DNA from: Streptobacillus moniliformis DSM 12112
Lineage (GTDB): Bacteria; Fusobacteriota; Fusobacteriia; Fusobacteriales; Leptotrichiaceae
Direction of reading: 5' to 3'
NCBI RefSeq assembly: GCF_000024565.1
Contig: NC_013515.1
Location: 786,497 to 850,496 of the forward strand
Length of the DNA stretch: 64,000 nt
Part shown: positions 1 to 9,171 of the stretch, one piece after another
Layout: each line of letters starts with the position of its first letter
Position numbering within the stretch: the stretch's first letter is position 1
Program-made: the position numbers and the translations under genes
The notes under the pieces: model-generated
The model's database searches: none
What the model saw: only the letters and a program-made list of their open reading frames with translations
Told to the model about the DNA's origin: nothing

Positions 1-439
1 TTCTAAATTAAGAAGCATTAAAGAAGGTGCTAAGGTTAATGTAACTTCTGAATCTTTGGAAATCAATCAAGTTGTTGAAACTTCAATAAGTGAAATTTCA
101 AAAATTTCAAGAAGAAGTAAACAATTTAATGATGCTGTTACAGATATTGTAGCAAAAATTGATTCAAGTTCTAATTTAAAACCTGGAGATACAGTTAAAT
201 TAAATATAATACTTGAAAATATTAAAGATGCTGTAGTTGTTAACTTTTTAGATGTATCTTTTGAAGATGGTAAAACTTATGTATATACAGTGGATAAAGA
301 CGGTAAAGTTAAAAGAAATGAAGTAGTTGTTGGTAAAACTAATAATATAGTTTATGAAATTAAATCTGGAATTAAAGAAGGAGATAAAGTATTAAACAAT
401 CCAGGTAGAATATATAAAGAAGGAGATAAAGTACAATGA
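1..439 (+). CDS. Efflux transporter periplasmic adaptor subunit (HlyD/MacA family), C-terminal fragment; the gene starts upstream of the window
   Basis: The reading frame is open from base 2 with no upstream stop. A beta-barrel/membrane-proximal domain-like C-terminus (VVVGKTNNIVYEIKSGIKEGDKV) sits immediately upstream of a MacB-type ATPase and FtsX permease. The stop TGA overlaps the next ATG. Confidence 0.75.
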   Translation, partial: SKLRSIKEGAKVNVTSESLEINQVVETSISEISKISRRSKQFNDAVTDIVAKIDSSSNLKPGDTVKLNIILENIKDAVVVNFLDVSFEDGKTYVYTVDKDGKVKRNEVVVGKTNNIVYEIKSGIKEGDKVLNNPGRIYKEGDKVQ

Positions 440-1125
440 TAAAAATTAAGGATGTTACTAAAGTATATCAAAATGGTAAACTTTCCTTAGAAGTACTTAA
501 AGGCTTAAATTTATCTGTTAGTGAGGGAGAATATGTGGCATTAATGGGACCTTCTGGTAGTGGAAAGTCAACTTTTTTAAATATTTTAGGATGTTTAGAT
601 AATTTAACAACAGGAACATATGTTTTAAATGGTATAGATGTATCTTTGATGAATGAAACTGAGCTTTCAATAGTAAGGAATGAAAATATTGGATTTGTAT
701 TTCAAGCATATAATCTTTTACCTAAATTAACAGCTTTAGAAAATGTAGAATTGCCAGCTATGTATAAAGGGACTGACAAAAAAACTAGAATTGAAAAAGC
801 CAAAAAAGCTTTAGAAATGGTTGGACTAGGAGATAGAATAAATCATAGACCAGTTGAAATGTCAGGGGGTCAAAAGCAAAGAGTTGCTATAGCAAGAGCT
901 TTGATTAATGACCCTAAAATAATATTTGCTGATGAGCCTACTGGTAATTTAGATAGTAAATCTGGAGAAGAAATTCTTAAAATTTTTAAAGAGTTAAATG
1001 ATAATGGAGTTACAATAATAATGGTTACACATGAAGAAGATGTTGCACAACATACTAAAAGAATAATAAGACTTAGAGATGGAATAATAAATTCAGATGA
1101 AATCGTAAAAGAAAGAAGGGGATAA
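436..1125 (+). CDS. ABC transporter ATP-binding protein, MacB/LolD/FtsE-like
   Basis: Walker A GPSGSGKST, ABC signature LSGGQKQRVAIARAL, Walker B IIFADEPTGNLD. Length 229 aa is typical of this family. Translationally coupled to the adaptor and permease genes. Confidence 0.93.
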   Translation: MIKIKDVTKVYQNGKLSLEVLKGLNLSVSEGEYVALMGPSGSGKSTFLNILGCLDNLTTGTYVLNGIDVSLMNETELSIVRNENIGFVFQAYNLLPKLTALENVELPAMYKGTDKKTRIEKAKKALEMVGLGDRINHRPVEMSGGQKQRVAIARALINDPKIIFADEPTGNLDSKSGEEILKIFKELNDNGVTIIMVTHEEDVAQHTKRIIRLRDGIINSDEIVKERRG

Positions 1126-1126
1126 T

Positions 1127-2332
1127 ATGGATATATTAGAATTAATAAAGTTATCTCTTAAAAGTTTATATGGTTTTAAGATGAGATCATTTTTAACAAC
1201 TCTAGGAATAATAGTTGGTATAGGATCAGTTGTAATGATATCTTCAATTGGAGCAGGTTTTGAAAATGGTTTATTAAGTGATGTAGCTAAAACTTACTCT
1301 AAATTAATAAATGTATCAATAAATAATCAAAAATTAGATAAAGCTTCTGCAAGTAGAAATTATTATTTCACTGAAAATGATATGTTACTTATGGAAAAAC
1401 AAAATAGTAATATAGATAAGGTGTTTGTACAAAATAGTTTAATCGGTATAGATGGAAATGGAAGATACTATCTTGTAACTGCTTTAGGAGAAAAAGCATT
1501 TAAAGTTTTAACACCTAAAATTTCATATGGTAGATCTTTTATAGATGATGAATTTAAATCTAAAAATAATTTAGCATTAATTGGAAGAACAAGTGCTATT
1601 TCGTTGTTTGGAAGTGAAAAAGAAGCTCTGGGTAAACAGATATCATTTGAAACATTTAATTATGAAACTAAAGAGAATTTAACTATAATAGGAACTTTTG
1701 TAGAACCACATGAAAATATAAAAAAGACATTTAATGAAAATTCCGTTGATGTAATTACAAATGATAGTTATTTTTCTGGAATAAAATTTAATTCTTCTAT
1801 AACTATTAAAGTAAAAGATGAACAAAATATTAAAAATACTGTGGAACAAATAAAAAATTATCTAAATAAAAAATCAGATAATAATGATATATATGATGTT
1901 AAACAGTTTTCAGAGGATACTAATAAATTATCAGAAATACTAAATAAAATTTCATTATTTATATCCTTAGTTGCAAGTATTTCACTTGCAGTTGGAGGTA
2001 TAGGAGTTATGAACATTATGTTAGTATCAGTTACAGAAAGAATATCTGAAATTGGACTTAGAAAAGCTATAGGTGCTAAAAATAAAGATATATTAATACA
2101 ATTTTTAATAGAATCTGTTACACTTACATTATTAGGTGGATTAATAGGAGTATTTTTGGGACTAACATTAGCATTTTTAATAGGAATACCATTTAGTATT
2201 ACTCCAATATTAAAATTAAATGTTTTATTAGTTTCATTAGGAGTCTCTATGGGAACTGGATTAGTCTTTGGAATTTATCCAGCGAAAAAAGCATCTAAAT
2301 TATCACCTATGGAAGCATTAAGAAGTGAATAA
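1127..2332 (+). CDS. ABC transporter permease, FtsX-like (MacB-type permease with periplasmic domain)
   Basis: 401 aa. N-terminal TM helix, large extracytoplasmic MacB_PCD-like domain, and a C-terminal FtsX 3-TM bundle (LVASISLAVGGIGVMNIMLVSVTERISEIGLRKAIGA). Confidence 0.9.
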   Translation: MDILELIKLSLKSLYGFKMRSFLTTLGIIVGIGSVVMISSIGAGFENGLLSDVAKTYSKLINVSINNQKLDKASASRNYYFTENDMLLMEKQNSNIDKVFVQNSLIGIDGNGRYYLVTALGEKAFKVLTPKISYGRSFIDDEFKSKNNLALIGRTSAISLFGSEKEALGKQISFETFNYETKENLTIIGTFVEPHENIKKTFNENSVDVITNDSYFSGIKFNSSITIKVKDEQNIKNTVEQIKNYLNKKSDNNDIYDVKQFSEDTNKLSEILNKISLFISLVASISLAVGGIGVMNIMLVSVTERISEIGLRKAIGAKNKDILIQFLIESVTLTLLGGLIGVFLGLTLAFLIGIPFSITPILKLNVLLVSLGVSMGTGLVFGIYPAKKASKLSPMEALRSE

Positions 2333-2341
2333 AAAATAAAG

Positions 2342-2387
2342 AAAAAGCCTACTTTAATGAGTATATCTCAAAAAGTAAGCTTTTTTT
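2342..2387 (+). terminator. Rho-independent terminator after the ABC efflux operon
   Basis: GCCTACTTT(2347-2355) pairs with AAAGTAAGC(2372-2380) with one mismatch, followed by T7 (2381-2387). Confidence 0.6.
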
Positions 2388-2399
2388 AATTGTTTTATA

Positions 2400-2428
2400 T
2401 TGATAAAATATATAAAAGATGATATAAT
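2400..2428 (+). promoter_or_regulatory. Sigma70-type promoter driving the structured leader
   Basis: -35 TTGATA (2400-2405), 17-nt spacer, consensus -10 TATAAT (2423-2428). Predicted TSS ~2435. Confidence 0.6.
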
Positions 2429-2434
2429 AAACAT

Positions 2435-2727
2435 ACCATACAAGTCGGGGATGTAGCGGGTCCTTGTACCTGAAATCCGCTTTAGCAGGGATGATACCAA
2501 TTTTGAGGGTAATTCTGGTGTTCACGCCATGCTGTATTGATGTTGAGAAAGTAGTCCTATATTGTAGAAATTCAGCGAAACATGTCAGGCTGGGAACGGA
2601 GCAGCATTAAGTTGAGATTTCTAGGTTTATGGGGTAGCTATTTTTGAGTTAATATAGTATGAAACCAATGTTGGAGTTATTCGATTAATTGGTGTATGGT
2701 ATATAGCTAGTTATCTAGCTTTTTTTA
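2435..2727 (+). promoter_or_regulatory. ~295-nt structured 5' leader / candidate riboswitch or sRNA ending in an intrinsic terminator directly upstream of the GNAT-CDF transporter gene
   Basis: Locally elevated GC (GTCGGGGATGTAGCGGGTCC, CAGGCTGGGAACGGAGCAGC) in a ~27% GC genome. No ORF of 60 aa or more. Own consensus promoter. Ends with a perfect hairpin AGCTAG-TTAT-CTAGCT plus T7 (2705-2727), 13 nt before the RBS (AGGAGA) and ATG at 2741. Possible long-range pairing ATGCTG(2529-2534)/CAGCAT(2602-2607). Confidence 0.45.
2705..2727 (+). terminator. Intrinsic terminator / attenuator hairpin at the 3' end of the leader
   Basis: AGCTAG TTAT CTAGCT followed by TTTTTTT. Confidence 0.75.
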
Positions 2728-2740
2728 TTAGGAGATTTTT

Positions 2741-3961
2741 ATGAAGATAAGTAGAGTTGATTTTGAAAATTTATATGAATTTAAAGATATTAAACATGAA
2801 GAAAATAACATATATTATGCTATTTCATTTGAACATAGAATATTTGGATATTTGACTTTAAAAAAAGAAGATAAATTAATTTTAAAAGATATATATATTA
2901 AGAAGGATTATAGAAATAGTGGTTATGGTTCTAAATTAATAGAATATGCAATTTACGATTGCATAAATTTAGGTTATGACCAAATGGTCGCACTGAAACA
3001 TAAGAAAATAAATAATTTTTTAGAGAAAAATGATTTTATAAAAATAAATGGTATTTATGTTAGAATGAATTTAAAGGAAGAGTTAGAAGAATCTAATTCA
3101 ACAATTAAAATAGGAAAAATGTCAATAATAATAAACATCATACTTGTGATTTTTAAAATGTTTTTAGGATATACTTTTAAAATAAATTCATTTATTGCTG
3201 ATGGAATAAATTCATTTTCTGATTTAATTAATAATGTGTTAGTATTAATTGGTGCTAGTATTGGTAAGAGTCCCAATGATGAAGATCACCCATTTGGTCA
3301 TGGTAAGGTTGAATCTGTATTTAGTTTAATAATAGGTGTAATAATTATTTTCACATCATTTGGTGTGTTAAAAAATGGAGTTTTAATGTTGGTTAGAAAA
3401 GAGTATTTACTAATAAATAATAAATTTTATACAATATTATTTATATCTGTATTATTGGTATTTATTAAAACATTACAATACTTATATGTTTATCTTGTAT
3501 CAAAGAAATACACAAATCCTTTAATAAATGCTTTGTTGCTTGACTACAATGTAGATATACTTCTTTCTATTATGGTCATGTTAGGTTTATTGACATCTAA
3601 ATTTGTTTCACCAAATATAGATGCAGTCCTTTCTATTATGATTTCAGGATATTTAATTTTTCAAGGATATAATGTTGTTAAAGAAAATACATTAATATTA
3701 ATGGACTCTCAAGATGAGAATTTATTATTAAATATAAAATTACTAACTTTGGAAGTTAAAGAAATTGAAAATATACATGATGTATATATGACTACAGTAG
3801 GTAAAAATATATATATTATTGCAGATATTAGATTTAGATCTAATATTACATTAGAAGAGGCTCATGATATAGCAGTTATAGCAGAGAAAAAAATTAAATT
3901 TAGATATTCTAATATAAAAAAAGTAATATATCATATGGAACCAACATATGACAAGGAGTAG
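2741..3961 (+). CDS. Cation diffusion facilitator (CDF) family metal efflux transporter with a fused N-terminal GNAT acetyltransferase-like domain
   Basis: Residues ~1-115 carry a GNAT motif A (YRNSGYGSKLIEYAI). The remainder is a 6-TM CDF with ADGINSFSDLINN, DEDHPFGHGKVE and a C-terminal cytoplasmic domain (IHDVYMTTVGKNIYIIADIRF). Confidence 0.8.
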   Translation: MKISRVDFENLYEFKDIKHEENNIYYAISFEHRIFGYLTLKKEDKLILKDIYIKKDYRNSGYGSKLIEYAIYDCINLGYDQMVALKHKKINNFLEKNDFIKINGIYVRMNLKEELEESNSTIKIGKMSIIINIILVIFKMFLGYTFKINSFIADGINSFSDLINNVLVLIGASIGKSPNDEDHPFGHGKVESVFSLIIGVIIIFTSFGVLKNGVLMLVRKEYLLINNKFYTILFISVLLVFIKTLQYLYVYLVSKKYTNPLINALLLDYNVDILLSIMVMLGLLTSKFVSPNIDAVLSIMISGYLIFQGYNVVKENTLILMDSQDENLLLNIKLLTLEVKEIENIHDVYMTTVGKNIYIIADIRFRSNITLEEAHDIAVIAEKKIKFRYSNIKKVIYHMEPTYDKE

Positions 3962-3963
3962 AT

Positions 3964-6132
3964 ATGAAAATAGTTGGACCTGCGGGTAATTTTGAAAAAC
4001 TAGATGCAGCAATTAAAGCAGGAGCAGATGAAGTCTTTTTAGGATTAAAAGGTTTTGGTGCAAGAAGAAATAATGATAATTTTGCAATGAAAGAGTTATT
4101 AGATGGAATAGATTATGCTCATAAAAAAGGTGTTAAGGTTCTACTTGCTCTTAATACAATAATGAGAGATATGGAAATTAAGTCCGTTTATAAGAATTTC
4201 AAACCAATATATGAACATGGAGTTGATGCTGTAATAGTTCAAGATTTTGGTTTAATTAAATTTCTAAAAACAAATTTCCCTAATCTAGTTTTACATGGCA
4301 GTACTCAAATGACAGTAGCGAATTATGTAGAAGCTAATTATTTAAAAGAATTAGGACTTTCAAGAGTTGTACTTGCAAGAGAATTATCATTTGAGGAAAT
4401 AAAGGAAATTAGAGAAAATACAGATATTGAACTTGAGGTATTTGTTTCAGGTTCTATGTGTATTTCTTATTCTGGAAATTGCTATGTATCAAGTTTTATA
4501 GGAGGAAGAAGTGGAAACAGAGGTATGTGTGCTTATACATGTAGAAAAAAATTTAAAGATGAAGAAGGAAAATTATCATATTTTCTATCACCTAATGATC
4601 AATTACTAGAGGAAGCTGAAATAAAAAAATTAAAAGATATAGGTATAAATGCTATTAAAGTGGAAGGTAGAAAAAAGCAACCAGAATATATATATGAAAC
4701 TGTTTCATATTATAGAGATATATTAAATGGGATTAACAGAAAAAGTGAAAGTTATAAACTATTTAATAGAGGATATTCTAAAGGTTATTTCTATTTAGAC
4801 GATAAATTAATGAATCATAAATATTCATCAAATTTCGGTTATCTTTTAGGTAAAGTTGAAAATAATGAAATTAAGCTACTTGATGATTTAATTTTAGGAG
4901 ATGGAATACAATATGTAAATCAGCATTTTGAAAAAATAGATGGTATTTATGTAAATAAGATATATAAGAATGGTTCAAAAGTTCAAAATGCTAAAAAAGG
5001 AGACATCATATATCTACCAGATATACCTAAAGGAACAAAGTATTTGTATAAGAATTATTCAAAGGAAATAAATGATAGAATTAATCATGATATTAAAGTG
5101 GTAAAGAGATATAAAAATATAGATGCAAAAGTAATAGCAAATTTAAATAATGAATTATATATTGAATTTTCAACTATGAATAATTTCAATAAAAAAATTA
5201 AAGTAGAATTTAAAGGTGAAATTTTAGATTCTATTGCAAATAAGAAGATTACAAAAAAGGATATAATAGATAAATTATCGGAACTAGGAGATACAGATTT
5301 TAATATAAATAATATAGAGGTTCAATATGATGATCTTGCATTTATACCTTTTAGTAAAATTAAACAAATAAAAAGAATGTTGGTTGAAAAATTAGAAACT
5401 AAACTAATAGATTCATATAAAAATGATGAGCTAGAATTTATAGAATTTAAATATTCTAAATTTGATAAACCGATTAGTCCAATTTTTTCAGCATTATGTA
5501 GAACAGATGAACAAGAAAATATGTGTAGAAGATTAGGTATTACAAAAATATATAGAGAAAATTTTGATATAGCTAAACAAAAGAATATTTTTAATTCATT
5601 GCTTAATCAAAATACAAATCTTGTTTCAAATTTATATCAATTAATAAAAGGTAAAGAAAATGGAATTAAAAATCAAGCGATGAATTGGAATTTTAATGTT
5701 TTTAATAATATTAGCATTGATGTTTATTCAGAATTTGATAATATAGATACAATATTTCTTTCACCAGAATTAAACTATAAGCAACTTAAATTAATGACTA
5801 ATACAGCTCTTAAAAGAGGATTAGTCATATATGGAAACTTAAAAACAATGTATATAGAACATACCATAGATAATAAGAAGTATAAGGAAATACAAGGTGA
5901 ACATTTTGATAGATATAAGGTTATAAAAAATGAGTTAAATAATATAGAACTTTATTTGTATAAGCCTATGAATTTAATTCCTAAATTAGATTTAATTTAT
6001 TCATTAAATCTTGATGAATTAAGACTTGACTTTACTTTTGAAAATGAAGATGAAGTTGAAAAAATTATTAAATCCTTGAAAACAAAAACAGGTAAATATA
6101 ATCCATATGCTTTCGATATGGGGGTAAGTTAA
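3964..6132 (+). CDS. Peptidase U32 family protein, long form with C-terminal extension (RlhA/TrhP-like RNA hydroxylation factor family)
   Basis: N-terminus MKIVGPAGNFEKLDAAIKAGADEVFLG and the U32 collagenase signature region (EVFVSGSMCISYSGNCYVSSFIGGRSGNRGMCAYTCR). 722 aa. Confidence 0.85.
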   Translation: MKIVGPAGNFEKLDAAIKAGADEVFLGLKGFGARRNNDNFAMKELLDGIDYAHKKGVKVLLALNTIMRDMEIKSVYKNFKPIYEHGVDAVIVQDFGLIKFLKTNFPNLVLHGSTQMTVANYVEANYLKELGLSRVVLARELSFEEIKEIRENTDIELEVFVSGSMCISYSGNCYVSSFIGGRSGNRGMCAYTCRKKFKDEEGKLSYFLSPNDQLLEEAEIKKLKDIGINAIKVEGRKKQPEYIYETVSYYRDILNGINRKSESYKLFNRGYSKGYFYLDDKLMNHKYSSNFGYLLGKVENNEIKLLDDLILGDGIQYVNQHFEKIDGIYVNKIYKNGSKVQNAKKGDIIYLPDIPKGTKYLYKNYSKEINDRINHDIKVVKRYKNIDAKVIANLNNELYIEFSTMNNFNKKIKVEFKGEILDSIANKKITKKDIIDKLSELGDTDFNINNIEVQYDDLAFIPFSKIKQIKRMLVEKLETKLIDSYKNDELEFIEFKYSKFDKPISPIFSALCRTDEQENMCRRLGITKIYRENFDIAKQKNIFNSLLNQNTNLVSNLYQLIKGKENGIKNQAMNWNFNVFNNISIDVYSEFDNIDTIFLSPELNYKQLKLMTNTALKRGLVIYGNLKTMYIEHTIDNKKYKEIQGEHFDRYKVIKNELNNIELYLYKPMNLIPKLDLIYSLNLDELRLDFTFENEDEVEKIIKSLKTKTGKYNPYAFDMGVS

Positions 6133-6140
6133 TAAAATTT

Positions 6141-6170
6141 GTCCAAAAGATATTTTTTTGGACTTTTTAT
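6141..6170 (+). terminator. Rho-independent terminator after the U32 gene
   Basis: GTCCAAAA-gatat-TTTTTGGAC followed by TTTTT. Confidence 0.7.
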
Positions 6171-6255
6171 TTTAAAAAGAATGTATATAGTGTTTGGTAA
6201 ATACTATAAAATATGATATAATAAGTATAAAAATAAAGAAATTTGGAGATAAGAA

Positions 6256-6594
6256 ATGAATAGTAAGGAAAGAAATTTTTTAAGAAAAAGAGCACATGGA
6301 TTAGAGCCTGTAGTTAGAGTAGGAAAAGAGGGTTTAACTGACATGGTAATTGAAAGCATTAAATCATATATTGAAAAAAATGAATTGATGAAAGTTAAGT
6401 TATTACAAAATAGTTTAGAAGATGTTAATATTGAATTAATAAATGAAATTGAAACAAAAGCAAAATGTTTTTTTGTTGGTTCAGTTGGAAAAGTAATGAT
6501 ATTTTTCAAAGAAAAAAGAGATAAAAATAAGTTAGGTGAAATAACAAAAGAATTTATTGAATTTAAGAAAAAGTGGCGTGAAATTAATGAGTAA
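6256..6594 (+). CDS. yhbY: Ribosome assembly RNA-binding protein YhbY (CRM domain)
   Basis: ERNFLRKRAHGLEPVVRVGKEGLTDMVIESIKSYIEKNELMKVKL matches the YhbY/CRS1 signature. 112 aa. Confidence 0.9.
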   Translation: MNSKERNFLRKRAHGLEPVVRVGKEGLTDMVIESIKSYIEKNELMKVKLLQNSLEDVNIELINEIETKAKCFFVGSVGKVMIFFKEKRDKNKLGEITKEFIEFKKKWREINE

Positions 6595-7042
6595 TGGCCT
6601 TATTTTTGGTAATAAAATACTTGATGTTGTATTTATTTCTGCATTTACTGCACAGATATACAAATGTTTTTCGCCTGTTATTTTTAAAAGAAAAATAGAT
6701 TTTACAAGATTATTTTCTACTGGAGGAATGCCAAGTTCACATTCATCTTCTACAGTATCATTATGTTTTTCTGTTGGAATAGTAAAAGGTTTTTCAACTA
6801 CAGAATTTGCTATTGCCTTTATATTTTCACTAGTAACAATGTATGATGCAACTGGAATAAGACAGGAAGCTGGCAAACATGCAAAAATATTAAATTCAAT
6901 TATTGAAGAAAAAAGATTTCTGTATAAAGAAGAGATAAAGGAATTAAAAGAATTTTTAGGGCATACACCTTTAGAAGTATTTGCTGGAGCTATACTTGGT
7001 ATAGTAATATCATTTTTAATGAAAGGATACTTGTTATCATAA
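6587..7042 (+). CDS. Divergent PAP2 family membrane protein (DUF212, YuiD-like)
   Basis: GGMPSSHS motif and hydrophobic profile. Start chosen at the in-frame ATG (MSNGLIF) overlapping the yhbY stop. The ORF-track start at 6557 would overlap yhbY by 38 nt. Confidence 0.75.
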   Translation: MSNGLIFGNKILDVVFISAFTAQIYKCFSPVIFKRKIDFTRLFSTGGMPSSHSSSTVSLCFSVGIVKGFSTTEFAIAFIFSLVTMYDATGIRQEAGKHAKILNSIIEEKRFLYKEEIKELKEFLGHTPLEVFAGAILGIVISFLMKGYLLS

Positions 7043-7043
7043 T

Positions 7044-7775
7044 ATGAAGAAAAGATTAGATGTACTTTTAGTAGAACTAGGATATTTTGAAACTAGAGAA
7101 AAAGCAAAAAGAGAAATTATGATAGGAAATGTTATTATAAATGATAGAATAGAAACTAAAGCTGGCACGCAATTTAAAGAAGAAAACATTAAAGATATTA
7201 GAATAAAAAATAAATTGAAATTTGTTAGTAGGGGTGGTTTGAAGCTTGAAAAAGCTATAACATATTGGAATTTAGATTTTAAGGATAAAATTATTTTAGA
7301 TATAGGAGCATCTACAGGAGGATTTACAGATTGTGCATTACAAAATGGTGCAATTAAAGTATTTGCAAATGATGTAGGTACAAATCAGCTAGATTATAAA
7401 TTAAGAAGTGATGAAAGAGTTATTTCACTTGAACAAATTCATGTTAAAGATCTTGAACTCCAAGAAAAAGTTGACTATATAGTCATAGATGTTTCATTTA
7501 TTTCTTTAACTAAAGTTATTCCTTTTTTCACTAAATTTTCAAAGGAAGATACTAAAGTAATTGCATTAATTAAACCTCAATTTGAAGTTGGAAGAGAAAA
7601 GATATCAAAAAATGGAATAGTTGTTGATGAAAAATATCATGATGAAGCAATTAAAAAAGTAATATCTTCTTTTAAAGATTTTAATTATGAGATATTAGAT
7701 GTAATTGAATCTCCAATACTTGGAGGTAAAGGTAATAAAGAATTTTTAATTTATACAAAAAGGAGCAATTTATGA
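7044..7775 (+). CDS. tlyA: TlyA family rRNA (cytidine-2'-O)-methyltransferase
   Basis: N-terminal S4-like domain (KKRLDVLLVELGYFETREKAKREI), FtsJ-like methyltransferase motif LDIGASTGGFTDCALQNGA. Confidence 0.9.
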   Translation: MKKRLDVLLVELGYFETREKAKREIMIGNVIINDRIETKAGTQFKEENIKDIRIKNKLKFVSRGGLKLEKAITYWNLDFKDKIILDIGASTGGFTDCALQNGAIKVFANDVGTNQLDYKLRSDERVISLEQIHVKDLELQEKVDYIVIDVSFISLTKVIPFFTKFSKEDTKVIALIKPQFEVGREKISKNGIVVDEKYHDEAIKKVISSFKDFNYEILDVIESPILGGKGNKEFLIYTKRSNL

Positions 7776-9163
7776 AAATAAATAAAAAACATTTATTAAC
7801 AATGTTTTTAATAGGTGCGTTAGGCTATGTAACATATTCTGAAGAAAGTCAAATTATAAGAAAAAAAGAAATAGCCGCAGAGCAGAGAGCAAATGCTACA
7901 GTTGATATAAGAAACATAAATAAAATTATTCAAACAATAAATCGTATTAATGAAATATGGGTTGGATCAGAAGAAGTTGATAAAGAAAAATTATATGAAG
8001 CAGCACTTCGTGGTATGGTTAAAAGTTTAAAAGATCCATATTCAGAATATTTAAGTGAAAAAGAAACTGAAGAATTTAATCAAGATATTGACGGTATTTA
8101 TATCGGTGTTGGTATGACAATAAAAAAAGAAGTAGGAGATTATTTAGAAGTTACATCAACTTTCATTGGTGGACCTGCTTTTAAATCTGGAATACAAATA
8201 GGAGATATTATTACTAAAATAGATGATAAAGATATAATTGATCTTACAGCTACAGAAACTAGTAAAAGATTAAAAGGAGATGAAAATACTAAAGTTAAGG
8301 TTGAAATTTATAGACGTGGTTTAAAAAATCCTTTTACTCTTACATTAAAAAGAGAAAAAATTAAACTTGGTAATGTAGAATATAGCATGTATGATAATAA
8401 AAATAAAATAGGCTATATCTCATTATTACAATTTGATAATAATGTTTCTGAAGAAATTAAAAATGCAGTATTAGATTTAAAAGAACAAGGAATGAAGAAA
8501 TTAATTTTTGATTTAAGAGGAAATCCAGGTGGATCACTTCAAGAAGCAGTTAAAATAGCTTCAATGTTTGTTCCAGATGATTTAATAGTATCTTTAAAAA
8601 CTAAATCTGGTATAGATGAAAAACATACAAGAATAGGGGAACAAATATTTAAGGGTGAAATGGTAATATTAGTTAATAAAGGATCTGCTTCAGCTTCTGA
8701 GATTGTTACAGGAGTATTAAAAGATTATGAAAGAGCTACAATAATAGGTGAAACTACATATGGAAAAGGAGTAGCACAGGCTATATATCCCCTTATAAAC
8801 GGAAAAGATGTTTTAAAATTAACTATAGCTGAATATTCTACACCAAAAAATAATAATATTAATAAAAATGGAATAGAACCAAATATACATATTAAAATGA
8901 ATCCTTTATTATTAGATAAGGGATATTCAAAAGAAACAAAGGAAGCTAAAGAAAATAGAAAAAAAGAAATTATTAAATTTTTAGAAGAAATAGAAGGTAA
9001 GGAAAAAGCTGCTGAAATAATAAAAGAGGGGGATAAACAATTTAATGTAGCATTAAAATTCCTATTAGGAGAAAAGATTGAATCTGATAAAAAAGATGAA
9101 GAAAAATTAAATAAAAAAACTAAAAAAGATAAAATATTAGAAGAAAATAATAAAAAGAAATAG
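7772..9163 (+). CDS. ctpA: Carboxyl-terminal processing protease (S41 family, CtpA/Prc-like) with PDZ domain
   Basis: PDZ (GGPAFKSGIQIGDIITKIDDKDI), S41 catalytic region (DLRGNPGGSL, SASASEIVTGVLKD), N-terminal signal/TM, lysine-rich C-terminal tail. Confidence 0.9.
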   Translation: MKINKKHLLTMFLIGALGYVTYSEESQIIRKKEIAAEQRANATVDIRNINKIIQTINRINEIWVGSEEVDKEKLYEAALRGMVKSLKDPYSEYLSEKETEEFNQDIDGIYIGVGMTIKKEVGDYLEVTSTFIGGPAFKSGIQIGDIITKIDDKDIIDLTATETSKRLKGDENTKVKVEIYRRGLKNPFTLTLKREKIKLGNVEYSMYDNKNKIGYISLLQFDNNVSEEIKNAVLDLKEQGMKKLIFDLRGNPGGSLQEAVKIASMFVPDDLIVSLKTKSGIDEKHTRIGEQIFKGEMVILVNKGSASASEIVTGVLKDYERATIIGETTYGKGVAQAIYPLINGKDVLKLTIAEYSTPKNNNINKNGIEPNIHIKMNPLLLDKGYSKETKEAKENRKKEIIKFLEEIEGKEKAAEIIKEGDKQFNVALKFLLGEKIESDKKDEEKLNKKTKKDKILEENNKKK

Positions 9164-9171
9164 AGGATTTT

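Noticed and set aside
2491-2610. 39-codon ORF (MIPILRVILVFTPCC...) inside the leader as a possible leader peptide.
   Set aside because: There is no spacing for a Shine-Dalgarno sequence, since GGG abuts the ATG. Codon and GC usage are unlike the host genes. A structured RNA explains the GC enrichment better.
2435-2727. tmRNA (ssrA) hypothesis for the structured leader. smpB is in the window, there is a 5' GGGGAUGUAGCGG-like start, and a GCUUUAGCAGG segment resembles the ...ALAA tag-coding region.
   Set aside because: There is no tRNA-like 3' domain: no GGTTCGANTCC T-loop, no CCA-proximal acceptor pairing with the 5' end. The element ends in a simple terminator hairpin directly upstream of a gene. 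RNase P, SRP RNA and T-box signatures are also absent.
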